The notes under the pieces: generated by a model | Told to the model about the DNA's origin: nothing | The model's database searches: none | Seen by the model: the letters and a program-made list of their open reading frames with translations, nothing else | Position numbers and translations under genes: made by a program | Part shown: piece after piece, positions 12,351 to 25,980 of the stretch | Position numbering within the stretch: the stretch's first letter is position 1 | Layout of the letters: each line of letters opens with the position of its first letter | Assembly: GCA_011109175.1 (NCBI GenBank) | Contig: RDEW01000007.1 | Coordinates: 1,316,295-1,380,294, forward strand | Direction of reading: 5' to 3' | From: Dicyema japonicum | Lineage: Eukaryota > Animalia > Dicyemida | Length of the DNA stretch: 64,000 nt

Positions 12351-14485
12351 ATGCCTTGTTTCAAATCAGAACTTATTAAAAAGGTGAATATTTCATTGAA
12401 TTAAAACGTTTAAAATATATTTAACAGTTGTCTGAAGCCATGGGACAGCAATCAATTCATCCATCAACGAAAATTGACATGATGTTAAGAAAACTGGTAA
12501 ATTTTAACACTCAGTAATTAACATGTGTAATATTATAGGACTGAGAAATTCACATTTGGCCTCAATATCTCAAAATTATGCCGATTTTATTTGAAAAAGA
12601 CAATATTGAAACGAGGACACACATCGCAAGAATAATTGAGGTTTGAATTTAAATTTAATGAAACATTCAATTAAACAAAATTTATTTTAGGAAAAATTAA
12701 AAGAAAATTTTATATTCAAAATGTCTGCCGGTCATTTTTTATTTGGTCTAAAAATTTCAGACGACTTTTATTCCGTAAAAGTTCTTACCAACTCTTAGCA
12801 AGCTCTCTGCAGAATTGCGGAACCTTTCTCCACCAAAATACCGTCTGATACTTCCACCCAGACGGTCGTGGTGGAATTCAGTTCTCCTAACATTGCCAAG
12901 CCGTTCCACGTGGGTCATTTACGGTCTACAGTTATCGGCAACTTTATAGCCAATATAAACCAGTTTTATGGGCATAAGACCTTTAAGGTTAACTACTTTG
13001 GAGACTGGGGTACTCAAATCGGTCGGAGAAGTCTTTATTTTTAGGACTCCTAATCCTTGGTTGCATGAAATACGGTCCTACGTACAATGAGACTCCGAAT
13101 GATCACATTTTGGAGGAACTGACTCAGACTTACATTAAAATAAATTCAGATAAAGAAGCCGATTGGTCAATCCACAAAGAGGGGATGAGATTATTCTCTA
13201 AATTGGAGGAGGGGAATCAGGAAATGCGGAAATATTGGTCGTTTTTTAGGAAGTGTTCCTTAAAGAATCATTTTCGCCTGTACAAAGTGATCATTGGTAT
13301 TATTTAGGCTTTTGGGATCTCATTTGACTTTATTGAATGGGAGTCAGAACATCATTCCTCTGCCAAGAAGACTGTAGACCTGCTCTCGAGCGGAAGTCAA
13401 GTCGTTATTGAGTAAAGTTCCTAGTAACCCATAGAGAAGGGAAGACTGTGGTTAGAGTAGGTGATTTGTCAGTCCCTCTATTAAAGAGCGACGGATCTAC
13501 TCTTTACATTACCAGGTATCACTGTTGATGCAACCCAGGGACCTGTCCGCTTACTTTGGTCGGTTAGAATCACTGAAATTTGATAGAATACACTATGTGG
13601 TTGACTTTCATAGTAATTTTAGGTGGAGAAGGCTCAGATTGGACATTTTAGGAATTTGAAGATATTATTAATTTGTATTGGAACAATAGGTATTTTTTGC
13701 TATTATATTAAATTTTCTATTTTTAAATTAAAGCGGCAAAAATGAAAAGTTTCATGTGGCTTTCGGGAGATATAAGGGAATGAGTACTAGAAAGGGACAT
13801 TTTTGTGTGCTTAATGACTTATTTGTTGAAGCTAAACAGAGGATCCAACAGAAAATGATAAATTCAGACAGTAGTTTTACTGATATTTATTCATAGCTAC
13901 GAAAGCGGTAAATATTAGTGAAACTGCATCTGAATTGGCTGCATCCGCTCTTATTCTGAACGAATTCAGAGTTCCTATGCTTAATGACATCGAGTTTAAC
14001 TGGGAAAAGGTTTTGGATTTAAACTCTGGACTCGGAATCCAGTATGTCTATGCTAGACTCTCAAGGTTTTCTCATATTTTGAATTGAAGTTTGCTAAGGG
14101 ACTACTTTTTCAAAGAATTTGGTGATCCTGCTTCATATTTGGCTAAACTTACAGAGCCTGAAGCCCGGGACCTAATTTTGCAGTTAATTGGGTATTAGAT
14201 GAGTTAATATTTGATATGAGGATGTGCTGAAGAACTGTTTTGAGACTTTTGAGGGATACTTACTGGTTAACTATTTGGTCCGTCTGGGGTACTAATTTTG
14301 CTGTTTTCTAGCCGACTTACAAATCGGGCTCTGAATGTCTTGAGATTAAAGGAAGTCTGTGAGGATATTATGGAGGTTAGTGAGACTCTAATGCGTAGGC
14401 CAGGCTGTTTATTTTTGAGCAGAGTAGACGTACATTGGCACATGGAATGAATATGATTGGTACACGACCACTTGTTAATATTTGA
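12351..14485 (+). CDS. RARS2: Arginyl-tRNA synthetase, mitochondrial type (multi-exon)
   Basis: [29 protein letters not shown] (HIGH-like), [46 protein letters not shown] and C-terminal [13 protein letters not shown]. Introns of about 21-25 nt, e.g. 13022-13044. Exact first exons less certain. Confidence 0.9.
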
Positions 14486-16059
14486 TACATATTTTTTTGA
14501 TCTTGATGTTGTATTAATAATTATTGAGTTGGTATTTGAGGTTCAAATTTGTTTTTTGTATATTCGTTTAAGGGTTTTTAGAGTTTTCATGACTCCTATG
14601 CCATGTGATTGAAATATTATGTGTTTGTGCGAGACTGTCTTAAGTTGTGGAAAAGCCTATGTAGCGTCGGGACAACTGAATGTGGTTTTTATACATTAAC
14701 ACCTTAAAAACCGAAATTATTGAAGTCCAGTGGGGGTTAATGAATGAAGGAATGCTCCATACGCCTTTTAAAGTATAACTCTGGTATATGGGGAATCAAG
14801 AAATAAAATATGATTATAAGGGGCGTTAGGGAACACGTGGAAAGTACTTGAGTTAGAAGAGGTCGAATTTCAATACACATTAGATAATGGTGGTTTACCA
14901 AAGATCCCAGTCTTACAGTAATGTCTTTCGAATTTCTCCATAGGAACTCGATCGGGTGTTTTTTCTTAAGGACTGATTTTGATAATGTGTGGATGGATAA
15001 TAGCTTTCCATGTTCTTAGCATAAACGCGGGAAACCTCGGCCATCGCTTATGGCCGACTCCTTTTAAAGGAGAATAGCAAAAGATGCTCTTTTGTATGAG
15101 AAAAGAAGACGCAAGGTCTTCCGCCCGAGTGGTAAACTCAATATAAAAAACCTGATATATTCCTCTACAATAAAAAAGGAATCAATTGTGACTTAAATAG
15201 ACAATCTAAAACGTGGAAGTAGAAAAACTTAAATATGAAATTTTATCGAATTAATTTAAAATAATTAAAGGATCAAAGTGGAGATCTTACCGATTGCTCT
15301 TACTTGGGATTGTCTGTATGGAGCTTCTTCAGGTCATAGAAATTCTTCAACCATATATTCAGATAAGTGCGCTAAAGAAAACACCTAAGAGGTGTTTGCA
15401 GAGTACAAACGCAATTTCAGAAATTTTCCTTCATTCTGCGAACATGATTAAGAATTACATACTTGAGATCAAACATTTTTAATAAATTTTTATTTGATTT
15501 AGCTCATTAATAAAAAATGACCTTTCCGTGAAAATGGCATTTTATGGCAAAAATTGCCCAAGTTATGAATGTTTGTGGTTGATTCACCAAAGATTGTAAG
15601 CCTGGTACTAATAAACAAAATATAGAATCTTGGAAAATTTCATAATATAAATATAATATTATGAACTAAAAAACAAATTTATTGTTTAAAAAGTGCAAAT
15701 TATTAAGTTTGCATGAACCTTAATATTATATATAATTGAATTTTTAATATGATTTGTAATGTTGACTTTACTTTTTATGTTTACTTTATTTGCAAACAAT
15801 ATTAATAGTATTATTTAGTTTTATATTAATAGATAATAATGGACGTACAAAAGATTATGGTAGATCAAGAGAACGTTATTTAAGAGCGGATACACAGTCA
15901 GATTTCCTAAATCCATTTAAACGAAATATACAAACATTAAGAGTTGAATAATTATTTATTAACTTATTTAATCAATGTTAACTAAGAATTACTTTATTAA
16001 TGTGAAATATTATGCATCCTCATTGAAATTATCTGCAATCGAGGAGACTGCAATAAAGT

Positions 16060-16350
16060 TAATTGGACCAGATCACAATATCCAACCCATTGAAAACTTT
16101 TAAATAGAATTACAACGGAAACTATTAAAGGAGGCTATTCTACCGAGCTGCCCTCTATTCCAAATACTATCGAATTATCTACAATCATACAGAAATTGAG
16201 CCGATGCCATGTCCAATGAGAGAGCTGTTCAGGATTCTCGACCCCGCCGGACTCGTTCTCACTTTTGTCGGTCTCGGATCACTTAGTTAGATGAGAACTT
16301 TTATTTCTTTCTCTTTGACCCAGTGATCCTGGGGGTAATAATAATAATAA
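16060..16350 (+). mobile_element. Ingi/Vingi-like 3' fragment with (TAA)n tail
   Basis: Family 3' motif GGATCACT...AGTGATCCTGGGGG followed by (TAA)5 at 16336-16350. Confidence 0.65.
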
Positions 16351-16389
16351 TGTGAAATATTAGTCTCCATTCCTTGACATCCTATCATC

Positions 16390-18425
16390 TAAGCGTGGCC
16401 GCGTGGCGCCATGTGGTGCTATGTGGCTAGTGTGCCAAAAATTCAAAGTGGAGATCTTACCGATGTTAACGTGGCGTCATGCGGTTCACCTGTTGTTGTG
16501 GTGGCGATATTAACGTGGCGTCATGCGGTTCAGCTGATAAACTATTTATACTGTCGCCTCTTACAAGAAGTTCAACCGAAGATTATCATCACAAATTGTG
16601 CCACTCATCAAAAAACGAGATGCGCTGAAGAGGAATAGAACACAGACCAATAACTCCTTCTACTCCATACGTTCACTGAATACCAAATTATCTGAACTTA
16701 TCCGAACTAACAACAGACTCAAATGGAGCCGCCTAGTTGGACGACTATGTCACAAAAACTCTTGTGCCACATTTTGGAAAACGCTAAGAAGGATCAATAG
16801 CCTCATCAATGAGGAGGACCGCAGAACTGAGGCCGTTACCCGTAACGCTTCGGAACCCGCACGCAAACTCGCAAACAAGATTATAAAGTACTACGTATCG
16901 ATCAGCATAAAAATTTTTCTCGTTCTACACTTTTTGAACGGCGCCGGCCACAACAAGAACCATATTCCCTTCTTCACCTCCGATGATGTTAACAAGGCTA
17001 TTAAATTGCTACATCCCCTCGTGCTTGTAATCCCGACGGTATTTGCACTATTCACCTCAAACATCTTGGACCTCAGGCACGGGCCATACAAAAGACTGTA
17101 TAACGACTCTATCAACTACCATACAACTACCTAATATATGGAAAAACTCTCTGATTACGCCAATCCTAAGCCCAGAAAACAAAAGACGTTCCCTCTTCTT
17201 ACCGCCCATCTCAATAACTTGTGTTCTATCAAAAGTACTGGAAAAGCTTGTGTTAATGCGCATCTCTCTGTTCTACATCTACAGAGTTTCAACATGGTTT
17301 CAGGGCAGACCGTTCTACAACGACTCATTTGGGTTCTATCTCCCATTTTATTACTGACGGCTTCAACATGAGAGCACTCTTACGGACGCCCTTAGTATCC
17401 ATCGACATACAGATGGCCTTTGACTCTGTTCCGAGGAAACTCCCAACGCAAAAGATTTTTAACTCGAACTTACACCCAAACATCAAGCTATGGCTGGATA
17501 ACTTCTTAACTGGACGACGCGGAAGTGTCCGTATTGACAAAACCACTTCAAAATCAAGAATACTCCCAATGGAGTCCTCAAGGCTCTCCTTTATCTCCTC
17601 TCCTCTACATGACCTACTACTACCAATGACCAGGACACTATGTTTTTACCCTATGCGGACTACCTAATTATTGCTGCAAGAAATAAATCTCCTTCCATGG
17701 CTGTAGCAACTGTTCAGACACACCTAAACCGAATTTGTGACTGGCTATCGCAAACATGTTACGTGTATCAGCATCCAAGTCTCAGTTCACATTATTCACT
17801 ACGGGCAGAAGGTTTAAAGGTGGGCTTGAGATATTCATCGAAACACCCCCATCCATTCTACGCGAACCCAGAAGATCTTGGTTTAGTTTTCAACTCTCTG
17901 TTGATGTTCTCGAGTCACATGGAGGAGGTGCTCGCCATGGGTCTTCGGAAATGGAACATTTTGAATGCAATGATAAAGAAGAGCCCTTTCCCCGGCTGAT
18001 TGCATCAGCAAGGTTAATCAACAGTAATCATACGATTATTGATATGCCTGCTCCGTTTGGAGGTTTGCGATTCCCCTTTGAGAGTGACCGTTTGAACTCT
18101 TCAGGCGGAGAATTATGCACCAAGCGGACATCCTCATTGGCGACCTCGTTTCTGATGAGGCAACGTTGAAAATGGCCAGGGTTCCTACGTTTTGCAAGGA
18201 ACTGGGAACCCACTCAAGGAAAAAGTTGCCAGCATGCAGAGGAATTTTTGATCGGTAATAAAAAAGTGCACGCCGATTGAATTCCTTTCAGAAACAGAGA
18301 AGACGCTTCCGGAGTGCGGTTGGATCATCAGAAGACCAATTGAAAGAGTTCGGATGTTGCTGGAGGCTGGGATCATCTAATTAGTTAGTTTTGACCTATT
18401 TCCTTGTGGTCTTGGGGTTAAGTAA
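16390..18425 (+). mobile_element. Degenerate Ingi/Vingi-like retrotransposon (RT domain, frameshifted)
   Basis: PISITCVLSKVLEKLV, VSIDIQMAFDSV, WLDNFLTGR and YADYLII RT motifs; family 3' end at 18369-18421. Confidence 0.8.
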
Positions 18426-19148
18426 AATGCCTGACCGGCATCGAGGACTCACTATTCTTTTCTCTGGACAATGTCGTTACCCGGATACAAGTTCTGGGAC
18501 GCTAGAACTAGTCAGGATCAAGTTGTATGTTAGTTTGATTACCCTTGGTCTTTGGAATTAATTTAATTTTTAGATTTTTGATTCTACGGCCGCGTAGTGG
18601 CATGTGTTGCTAATTGATTTTAAGATTTCTCTTTTTTCTCTGGTGCCATCATTAGATCCAACTTACTCAGAAGACGCCCATGCCTGGCAAAAATTCTTAA
18701 AGATCCATCTATTCATTCTACTGAGAAACAATTTCGTTCCATAGCGACGAGTTCTGTAATCGACCGCTGAATCAATGTGATTGGGTGAAGATTTTGCTAG
18801 GTTTTACATTTGGTCTTTAAAATTATTTGGATTAAAATAGATTGTTCCTACAAATAAATTTGTTTAACAGTCTGTAGGGCACGTGTCAATTTTTTTGTGG
18901 AGATCAAATGGCTAACTTTCTGGTAGACTCGATAGTTGACTTCCATACTATAACCAAAAAAGAAGTCTTTGGGACATTAAAAGATCGAAAAACAATATTT
19001 CATGCCAAAATAACAATTATTGGGATTCTCTAAAATAGCGTAACTAAATTTTTTTAAGGGTAGAAAACATTTTTTTAATTTTCTCATTTTCAGCCCCTCC
19101 TCTGGAAAATTAGTTTTTATGTACTAAAATTCTCAATTGGATTGAGAA

Positions 19149-19400
19149 ATGGAGAGTCATCCTTATGTTTTAACATGGGACGGTGTCGTTTTGAAGTTCT
19201 GGAAATCTCACACTGAAGTTATCAGAATTGAAGCAACAACTAGAACTTACATTCAACCCGCTTTCCTCAAGAATACGTTGGAGAGCATGTCGGTGGAGCA
19301 TATATACGAAGTATGCACTATCGAGAAAGTTACAGCAACCATTCACTTGGTAGAATTTGCACTCAGTTAGATGACGTAACAAGCAACATGACGAGAAGGA
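19149..19400 (+). mobile_element. R4/Dong-like RLE remnant
   Basis: PYVLTWDGVV...YIQPAFLKNTLESMSVE. Confidence 0.65.
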
Positions 19401-20345
19401 AAAGGATGGGTTTCAGGTCAAAGACTCCTCTTCTAAGAGGGAAGGATCTAGAAGCGAGTAGTAATATTGGTTTAATTGGGTTTTGTGCAAAAATCATAGT
19501 GAGGTGACATCCATACAAATCAAAGCATCCATCTCCACAGGTCTCACCAAATTCCTTTTGATACCTAATATGGCTATTTTTTCCGCAAGTTTCATTTTTT
19601 GCGACAGGACACAACCCATATATGGGTGATTGAGCCGCAGTTAATACAACTCATCTTAGTCCCCAGCTTTTTTCCACTCAATCCGATCACGCTGTCCCGC
19701 ACAACGAAGGTTTCTCTTCTCGCTGCAAAAGTGAAAGTCAAATAACTGACAGTAGCTTCTTGTTGGTGGGCTTCTTAACAGTTCACACATTTTTGCGTTC
19801 AATTGTTATACCAAAACGAACAAGCGAGGTGTCCTCAGTTTTAGAACCAATTGACATTAAGCGATAGAAAGTCTCCTATCGCCTTTGAAAAGAAATTCAA
19901 CTTTTAACCAGAGGATGCAAAACACTTAGCATATTCAGGTATGATGTATGACGATCAAGGACAGGCAGCCATTAAATGCTTCTTCGAGTATAAGACGTTT
20001 TTTCGCGCACCATTTTCTCCATCGCACTTTCAATCATCGAAGGACCAAGGAATACAACATTTTCGTCGGTTGTAGAAATGACTTAAAGGATAAAACAAGT
20101 TGGATGAAATCAACATAGAAGAAGTGATTAAGGGTATGAAGCAGATAGTAGGGCCAGATTGTTATGTCGTTAAATGAGAAATAAAGTTGTATCCACCTCA
20201 GCAAAAAATCCTTATTTAAATTAATAATAATTTAATAGAAGCGACAAAATATTTATTATTAATTTATTATTTTTTGATTCAATTTTTACACACTCAAATT
20301 CACGTGTAAATTGTTTTTAGTGAAGCAAAATTAATAGTCCATCAC

Positions 20346-21350
20346 ATGTGTGCTTTCTGTTGCACTTTTGAGAATTGTAGCAAAAAGTTCAACCGTCCAA
20401 GCAGGCTAGATTCCCATATTCGTGTTCACTTAGGAGAGGTTCCCTTAATCATAATGCTTAGCGTCCTTTCGTCTGTAATATTGACTGGTGTGACAAGGCC
20501 TATTCTCGCAATCAGGACCTCATCAGACATCAAGCAGGATTCCATAGCTGTCCCGACAGGCCACGACTTAGGTGTTTCCCCTATTTATCATAGTTGTGAG
20601 TCATGTGACAAACAATTTGTCAGTAAACAGGGACTATCTCGACACATGTTGCGATTTCATACTGGAGGAGCCTTCAAATGCTCTTTTATGGACTGTGGTG
20701 CTGAGTTTTCTAAAAAACGACACCTAAGTACACACGTGGCAACACATACTGGTGAAGAATATGTGTACAGGTGGTTCATTGCAGTTCTTTTTGCAGATGT
20801 GAGAATCAGATGTGTGGGAAGGAATTTTCAACGTTTGCAAAGCTGGATAGACATCGTAAGCTCCACTGTGGTTGGTGGATCCGTTATTTGTTAGTGAGAA
20901 CTTGTGATTACTGCAACGAAGAGTTTTTCACGTGGACGGAATATGTGAAACACAAGAAGTTGCATAAACCTACAAGTTTCTCGTTTAATCTATTCCAGGA
21001 TTCGACTGTGAGGAATGCAAGAGGGTCTTCAAGTCAAAGAGATCCCTTAATAAGCACACTATGGAGATGTGTTCGTTGTTTCAAAAGTCTGGCCCACGTG
21101 TGACTTTTGAGTGCACTGTTGGGGAGTGCAGAAAGAGGTACACCACAAAATCCAACCTGAAAGCCCATATGGATAGGTGTCATAATGGAGTTAAATTTCC
21201 CTGTACTATGAGTCATATTTGTTCTGGAATGTTCTCTTCTAAGGTGGGGATTTATGTTATTGTCAGCAAAAAATGGAAGAGCATTGTTCGCGTGTACATT
21301 CTCACACAGGAGTTACCAACGTTTGTGAAGATGAATCTTGTAATATTTAA
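20346..21350 (+). CDS. GTF3A: Transcription factor IIIA (nine zinc fingers)
   Basis: Splicing 22-26 nt introns (e.g. 20439-20461) gives nine fingers in frame. Finger 6 FFTWTEYVKH and finger 8 RYTTKSNLKAH match TFIIIA signatures. Stop codon at 21348-21350. Confidence 0.85.
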
Positions 21351-21403
21351 TTTTTTTAATATTGGAAATTTATTTTTGTATAGTTTTATGCACGTGCATT
21401 TTT

Positions 21404-22110
21404 AGACCTAAGTAGGTTTTGGTGTTCGAAGATGTGCTTGTTTTGGGTTCGCCAAAGTAAAGAGTTCGGCGGAGCCTTTTTTGGGAGGCTTAAGCATTTG
21501 TGGTAGCGGTTTTATTGATATTTCGAAAATGCATAAAATTATTCAAACCAGAGAATTACTGTCATTGTGCGACAAGAGACAAGAAATCGGCGAATGGTGT
21601 GTCTCTATGGATTTGATCATCTAAACTGAGAAAACCAACGTCCATCAATTCTCGAAGATTCAATCAACAGAGCTGTGCCTTGAGAAACATTAAAGATGTG
21701 GCTAGCTTACACTATCTTGGAGTGCTAATTGGACAGAAAGAGGCTTTATGGAAGACGTAGCAGTTAAAAGGAAGAGCGCTTTCCAAACTCGTCTTCCATT
21801 AGAACGTGAAAATTGGAAGAGTCTTTACAGTTCATTGTTCCGCGGCATGTTTACGGATAGCTGATACTACTCTTCTAAGAAAACCAGATAAAATCGCTGT
21901 TAGAAAAGACAAGAAGCAGCTACCAAGATTGCACAGAAGATAGAGATGAATAGAGTTTAGCACTGAATAAAATGACCCTATATAACCAATGAAAACGGTG
22001 ATACAGGACAAAATGGCCAAATTTTCGCGTTATAGACTCCTACATAAAACTTCAGGAGTCGTAAGAAGACAGTGATGGATACAGGTGGAGTCCAAGCCAT
22101 ATGCTAGGAT
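21404..22110 (-). CDS. Putative small multi-pass membrane protein, unidentified
   Basis: Hydrophobic Cys-rich ORF piece 21832-22020 with candidate tiny GT-AG introns; family not recognised and boundaries uncertain. Confidence 0.3.
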
Positions 22111-23221
22111 TTGTGTAAACTAACCATCTCCTTTAACTAACCCCTTTTTTAACTTTTTATTGAATAAATAATTACAGTCATTAACGCTTTTCCCCGGAAT
22201 TATATAAAATTCCTAATGTGTTCCTTGGAAGGGAAGCATTGGTTGATCATACAAGTTTCGTTACTACCATTTATTGGTATGATTTCTATTTCATCTATGC
22301 GTTGCACATTTGGAGACACTTCTCAGGATGCGATTTTGCAGAGAACGACTAGGATCTCGGATTTATCTAGCTTCATTTTTGTATTCCTTAGGTTTGCATA
22401 GATTGTCACGAGTAGTGTGTATTCAATCGTCCTCGGTATCCTATAATATATTATAAGTATGATCCATTCTGAGGATACACCCGAAATCCACCTTTAACAG
22501 TAAAAAGTGATCAAGTGTATCCAGTTTCTACTGTTACAGAAAAAGAGTCCTTCAACGTCACACAAGTCCATCCGGAATTAACATAAAGATAAATACGTCC
22601 ATTCCTTGCAGTCGTGGAAACCCTTCCAGTTGATTGGAGAGCAAATGATCTTTTTTCGAGCGAGTCTATACTAGGCGGCACCTGAGGCAGATAGCACACA
22701 TGACGCCACTCCAGCTGGAAAGGGAAAAGGAGGAAAAGACAAAACAAACAGAAAACTTGAACTAAATTAGCCACATACACCACATGGCGCCACGTGGTAG
22801 AAGAATGTACACAAATATGGATCATTGTTTCCCTTAGAAGCATCTTTAATAGCTAAGGGTGTGTTTCAAATTTCTCAAATTAATCCCACTATTAACCATA
22901 TCCAGTTTCCCCGGTCGGAGTGGGACAATTCTTCCCAAGCATCACACACATCGGCCATTGTGGGAACCCCTCCATTGGAAAAGAGAACAATGGAATACTT
23001 TTTTAATGTCGGCCAGGTACTAGGCTCATGACGCCTAAGGCTGAGCAGAACGGTATTCTTCGACCATGTAGGTAACAGTATGAACTTAGAATCCACAGCT
23101 AATCGCGAAAGCACTGACTAGAACGCTAGCTAGTCTGCCAAGGAACATCAAATTATAAGGAAAAATCCCGCTAAGATAAAAAATGTAAAAAGCAAATTTA
23201 TTAAAATTATATCTAAAACAA

Positions 23222-24623
23222 TTAAATCCACTGTTCAGAGGGCATAAAAGAGACGTCAATAAGCTTCCAAGCAGTCAAAGGATCCAACGACGACTGATTC
23301 CTACACAACGCCCAAACGTGCATATAACTCTGAATTTGATTCTAAAATGCCAAAACCCCACAACCAAGTCTCCATCCACAACTTTATTAGACTTGTCTAC
23401 CACAGCCATGATCTGCTGGGCGTTGAAGGTCACAACCAAAACAGGTCCCTGCTCAACCATCTTAGCGTCAACCAGCTATCCATAAAGCAAAAAATTACAT
23501 CAACGTTGCTCACATCAAGGATCCTCCCCCGCAGACTCTGTCCTTGTCCTCCTGAAATGAGCTGAGAAAGCACACTAAATGGCTGCAATAACTCCCAACA
23601 TGAACCGCCTGGTGGCACCAGTCACGCAGAACTTCCATCTCTCCCTTTACAATCGCCTCCAAAATGTTAGGGATCATCACATTCTTGCAGAATTCAAGAA
23701 ATCTGTCCTTCTCAAATGTCGGGTCCGCCTTGGAGATCTCAGTAAGCACCAAAGACATAGTAGAACTCGAAAACAGCCCCCCTACACATATCAACAGCCA
23801 CCACCAAAAATGTCTGAGACTTTGTTGGTCATAAAACGACTCATTCTGACCACAGCGTGGTCTGACTCGTCGTATTTTGCCTTCAAACTGAACATCTCTA
23901 GAATTTCTAAAAGTTCCTTTACTGTTAATATAAACGCTGTTGTCCTTGATCTTTTGCCAGCTTTCACTCCATAAAGAGTCCTTGTGAACCACCACCCCAG
24001 AAGACTCCCTAGAATACAGTGAGATCCTTACTCATCCGGCTTCAGCCCTTCCTTACTAACCAGGTCGGACCGTTTCGTCAGCTTTTGAGGGGCTTTATAA
24101 ATTGAGTGCTGTTTCGTTATCTCCCGGTCGATCACACGTGCTGTATTTGCCAGAGATCTGTAAGATTTCGACTTTTCTAGAGTGTCCTTGTTTGCTGATA
24201 TATTCTGACGCTTTCCCGAGGTCGATATTGTCTCGTCCCTTCTTCATGAGCTCATTGAGGGTCTCACTATCTTGGATCTTTTTTATGGACTGCCATGAGT
24301 AGTCACAGATACCTCGTTTATGGTGGAGTGAATCTGTCCAACGACTCGGTTCACTTTTTCACTTTTTTCAATTGATTTCTAAAATTATGTCATTTTGTAC
24401 GTATTTTTCACGTGCTTTTCTCAGGGCTTCGGAATTGTCGAGATTTTTTGTCTCCTCACGGAATTTTCTAAGGTTTTCCTTTGATAAAAATAAGATTCAC
24501 CTTCATCTCCTTACTTCGGTTAAATTCTTCCTTAGTGTTCCTGATTAGGCGGGATATGAAGTTGTCCCCACTTGAAAATCTTACGCCGAGGTTTATTAAT
24601 ACAGGCCTGATACGGCACCACAT
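23222..24623 (-). CDS. TIMM44: Mitochondrial import inner membrane translocase subunit TIM44
   Basis: Spliced product MWCRIRP...NRSKEMKENLRKFRE...TMSLVLTEISKADPTFEKDRFLEFC...IPNILEAIVKGEMEVLRDWC...EQGPVLVVTFNAQQ...WALCRNQSSLDPLTAWKLIDVS. Introns 22-25 nt, e.g. 24479-24500. Confidence 0.92.
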
Positions 24624-25419
24624 TAAACATTTAAGCACACTTAGATAATTTAAATTTTTTGGTTTAAATAAATAACCAAAAATAAAATAATAATTTACTA
24701 GGATGATCTCTGATATGGGAAATCATGTGTTTAAATTTTTTGCTATTATTTCCTTCAAAAAAGAATATCGCGAGGACTCTGCGAGATCCTCTAAAAACAA
24801 ATGATTTATCTTATCCACAAGAAAATTGCAACCAGATTGATTAACACTCTCGGAGTTTTGCAAACTACTTTACATTTTTTTCCAAAAGTAAGTGACTCCG
24901 AATCAATACTCCCACGTAGTGTTATTTTCCAAGCATAAGATGTGGACATCACCAAAATCTCCGCACATACTTTTATAAAATTAGGTCTACAAAAGACCCA
25001 ATTTATCAAGCACGCAACTCCGCTGAAGAGATAGCGGAACATTTACCCGCCTGCAAATGGTTTTCTTTTTATCTGGACTTTCCGCGTTTGGATGAACCTA
25101 TGGTAAATCCGTTACTAGTTGCTAACTTTCTTTGTTTAATCAAGCTGGATTACTGTGATTGTTTTGATACGTTATAAATTGTTTTTAATAATTTATTTAT
25201 TATTATAAATCTTTTTTAAACATTATTAATAGGGCAACCAAATGGTATGGTGTTATTATTATAAAATTCTATTTAATAAAAATGCACAAAAATTTGGCAT
25301 TTGATAAAAATAAATTTATCCCTGAATCTTCAAGCGAAGGAAACTGCTGGCAAACAAGAAATCAAGATGATTTGGGGACGCACGTACTACACTGGCTAAT
25401 TTTATCGAAAAATTGAGTT

Positions 25420-25900
25420 ATTTTAGTAATAATAATACCAGATACCACGGTTACACAAACTAACTAATCTCGTGATCCCAGCACGCTCTAGCAAGGACCT
25501 CATCTTGGCCCGATGCTCTTCCCTCTACCCAAAACAAGCACGTATAGGCCGGGTGACTGGATCTTCGCAGTCACTACGGCGCGTTCCACAGTTCATTCGT
25601 ATCATGGCTTCAAGAGGCATTGGTGGCTGGAACTATCCAGAAAATCCAGCGTTCCGTGATTTTGGAGACTCTTTTTTGGCTAGCCTCGATCTTCAAGACA
25701 TTCGTCCAAGAGATGAATGGGCCCCATATACCACATGAGTAAGAGATGCATTGTTCAAAGAACTGTTTATATATGGTGCTCCAAACAGTATGATTTCCGT
25801 TCTTCCAGAAGCCTGTGAGGCATTTCCGAACATTGGTTTTCTTTTCGCATTTTGTTATTGTGCTTTCAACATAGTGAGGTTTTCACTGACAATAGACTGT
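25420..25900 (-). mobile_element. Ingi/Vingi-like 3' fragment
   Basis: STIYKQFFEQCISYSCGIWGP...KIEASQKRVS peptide; ends CTGGGATCACGAGATTAGTTAG like 18367-18388. Confidence 0.65.
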
Positions 25901-25980
25901 TTCAATTACAAGAGCTTTACTATAAATAAATATTTTAATTTTTCTATAATAAAAATAATAAATTATTTTTCAGTTTAAAT

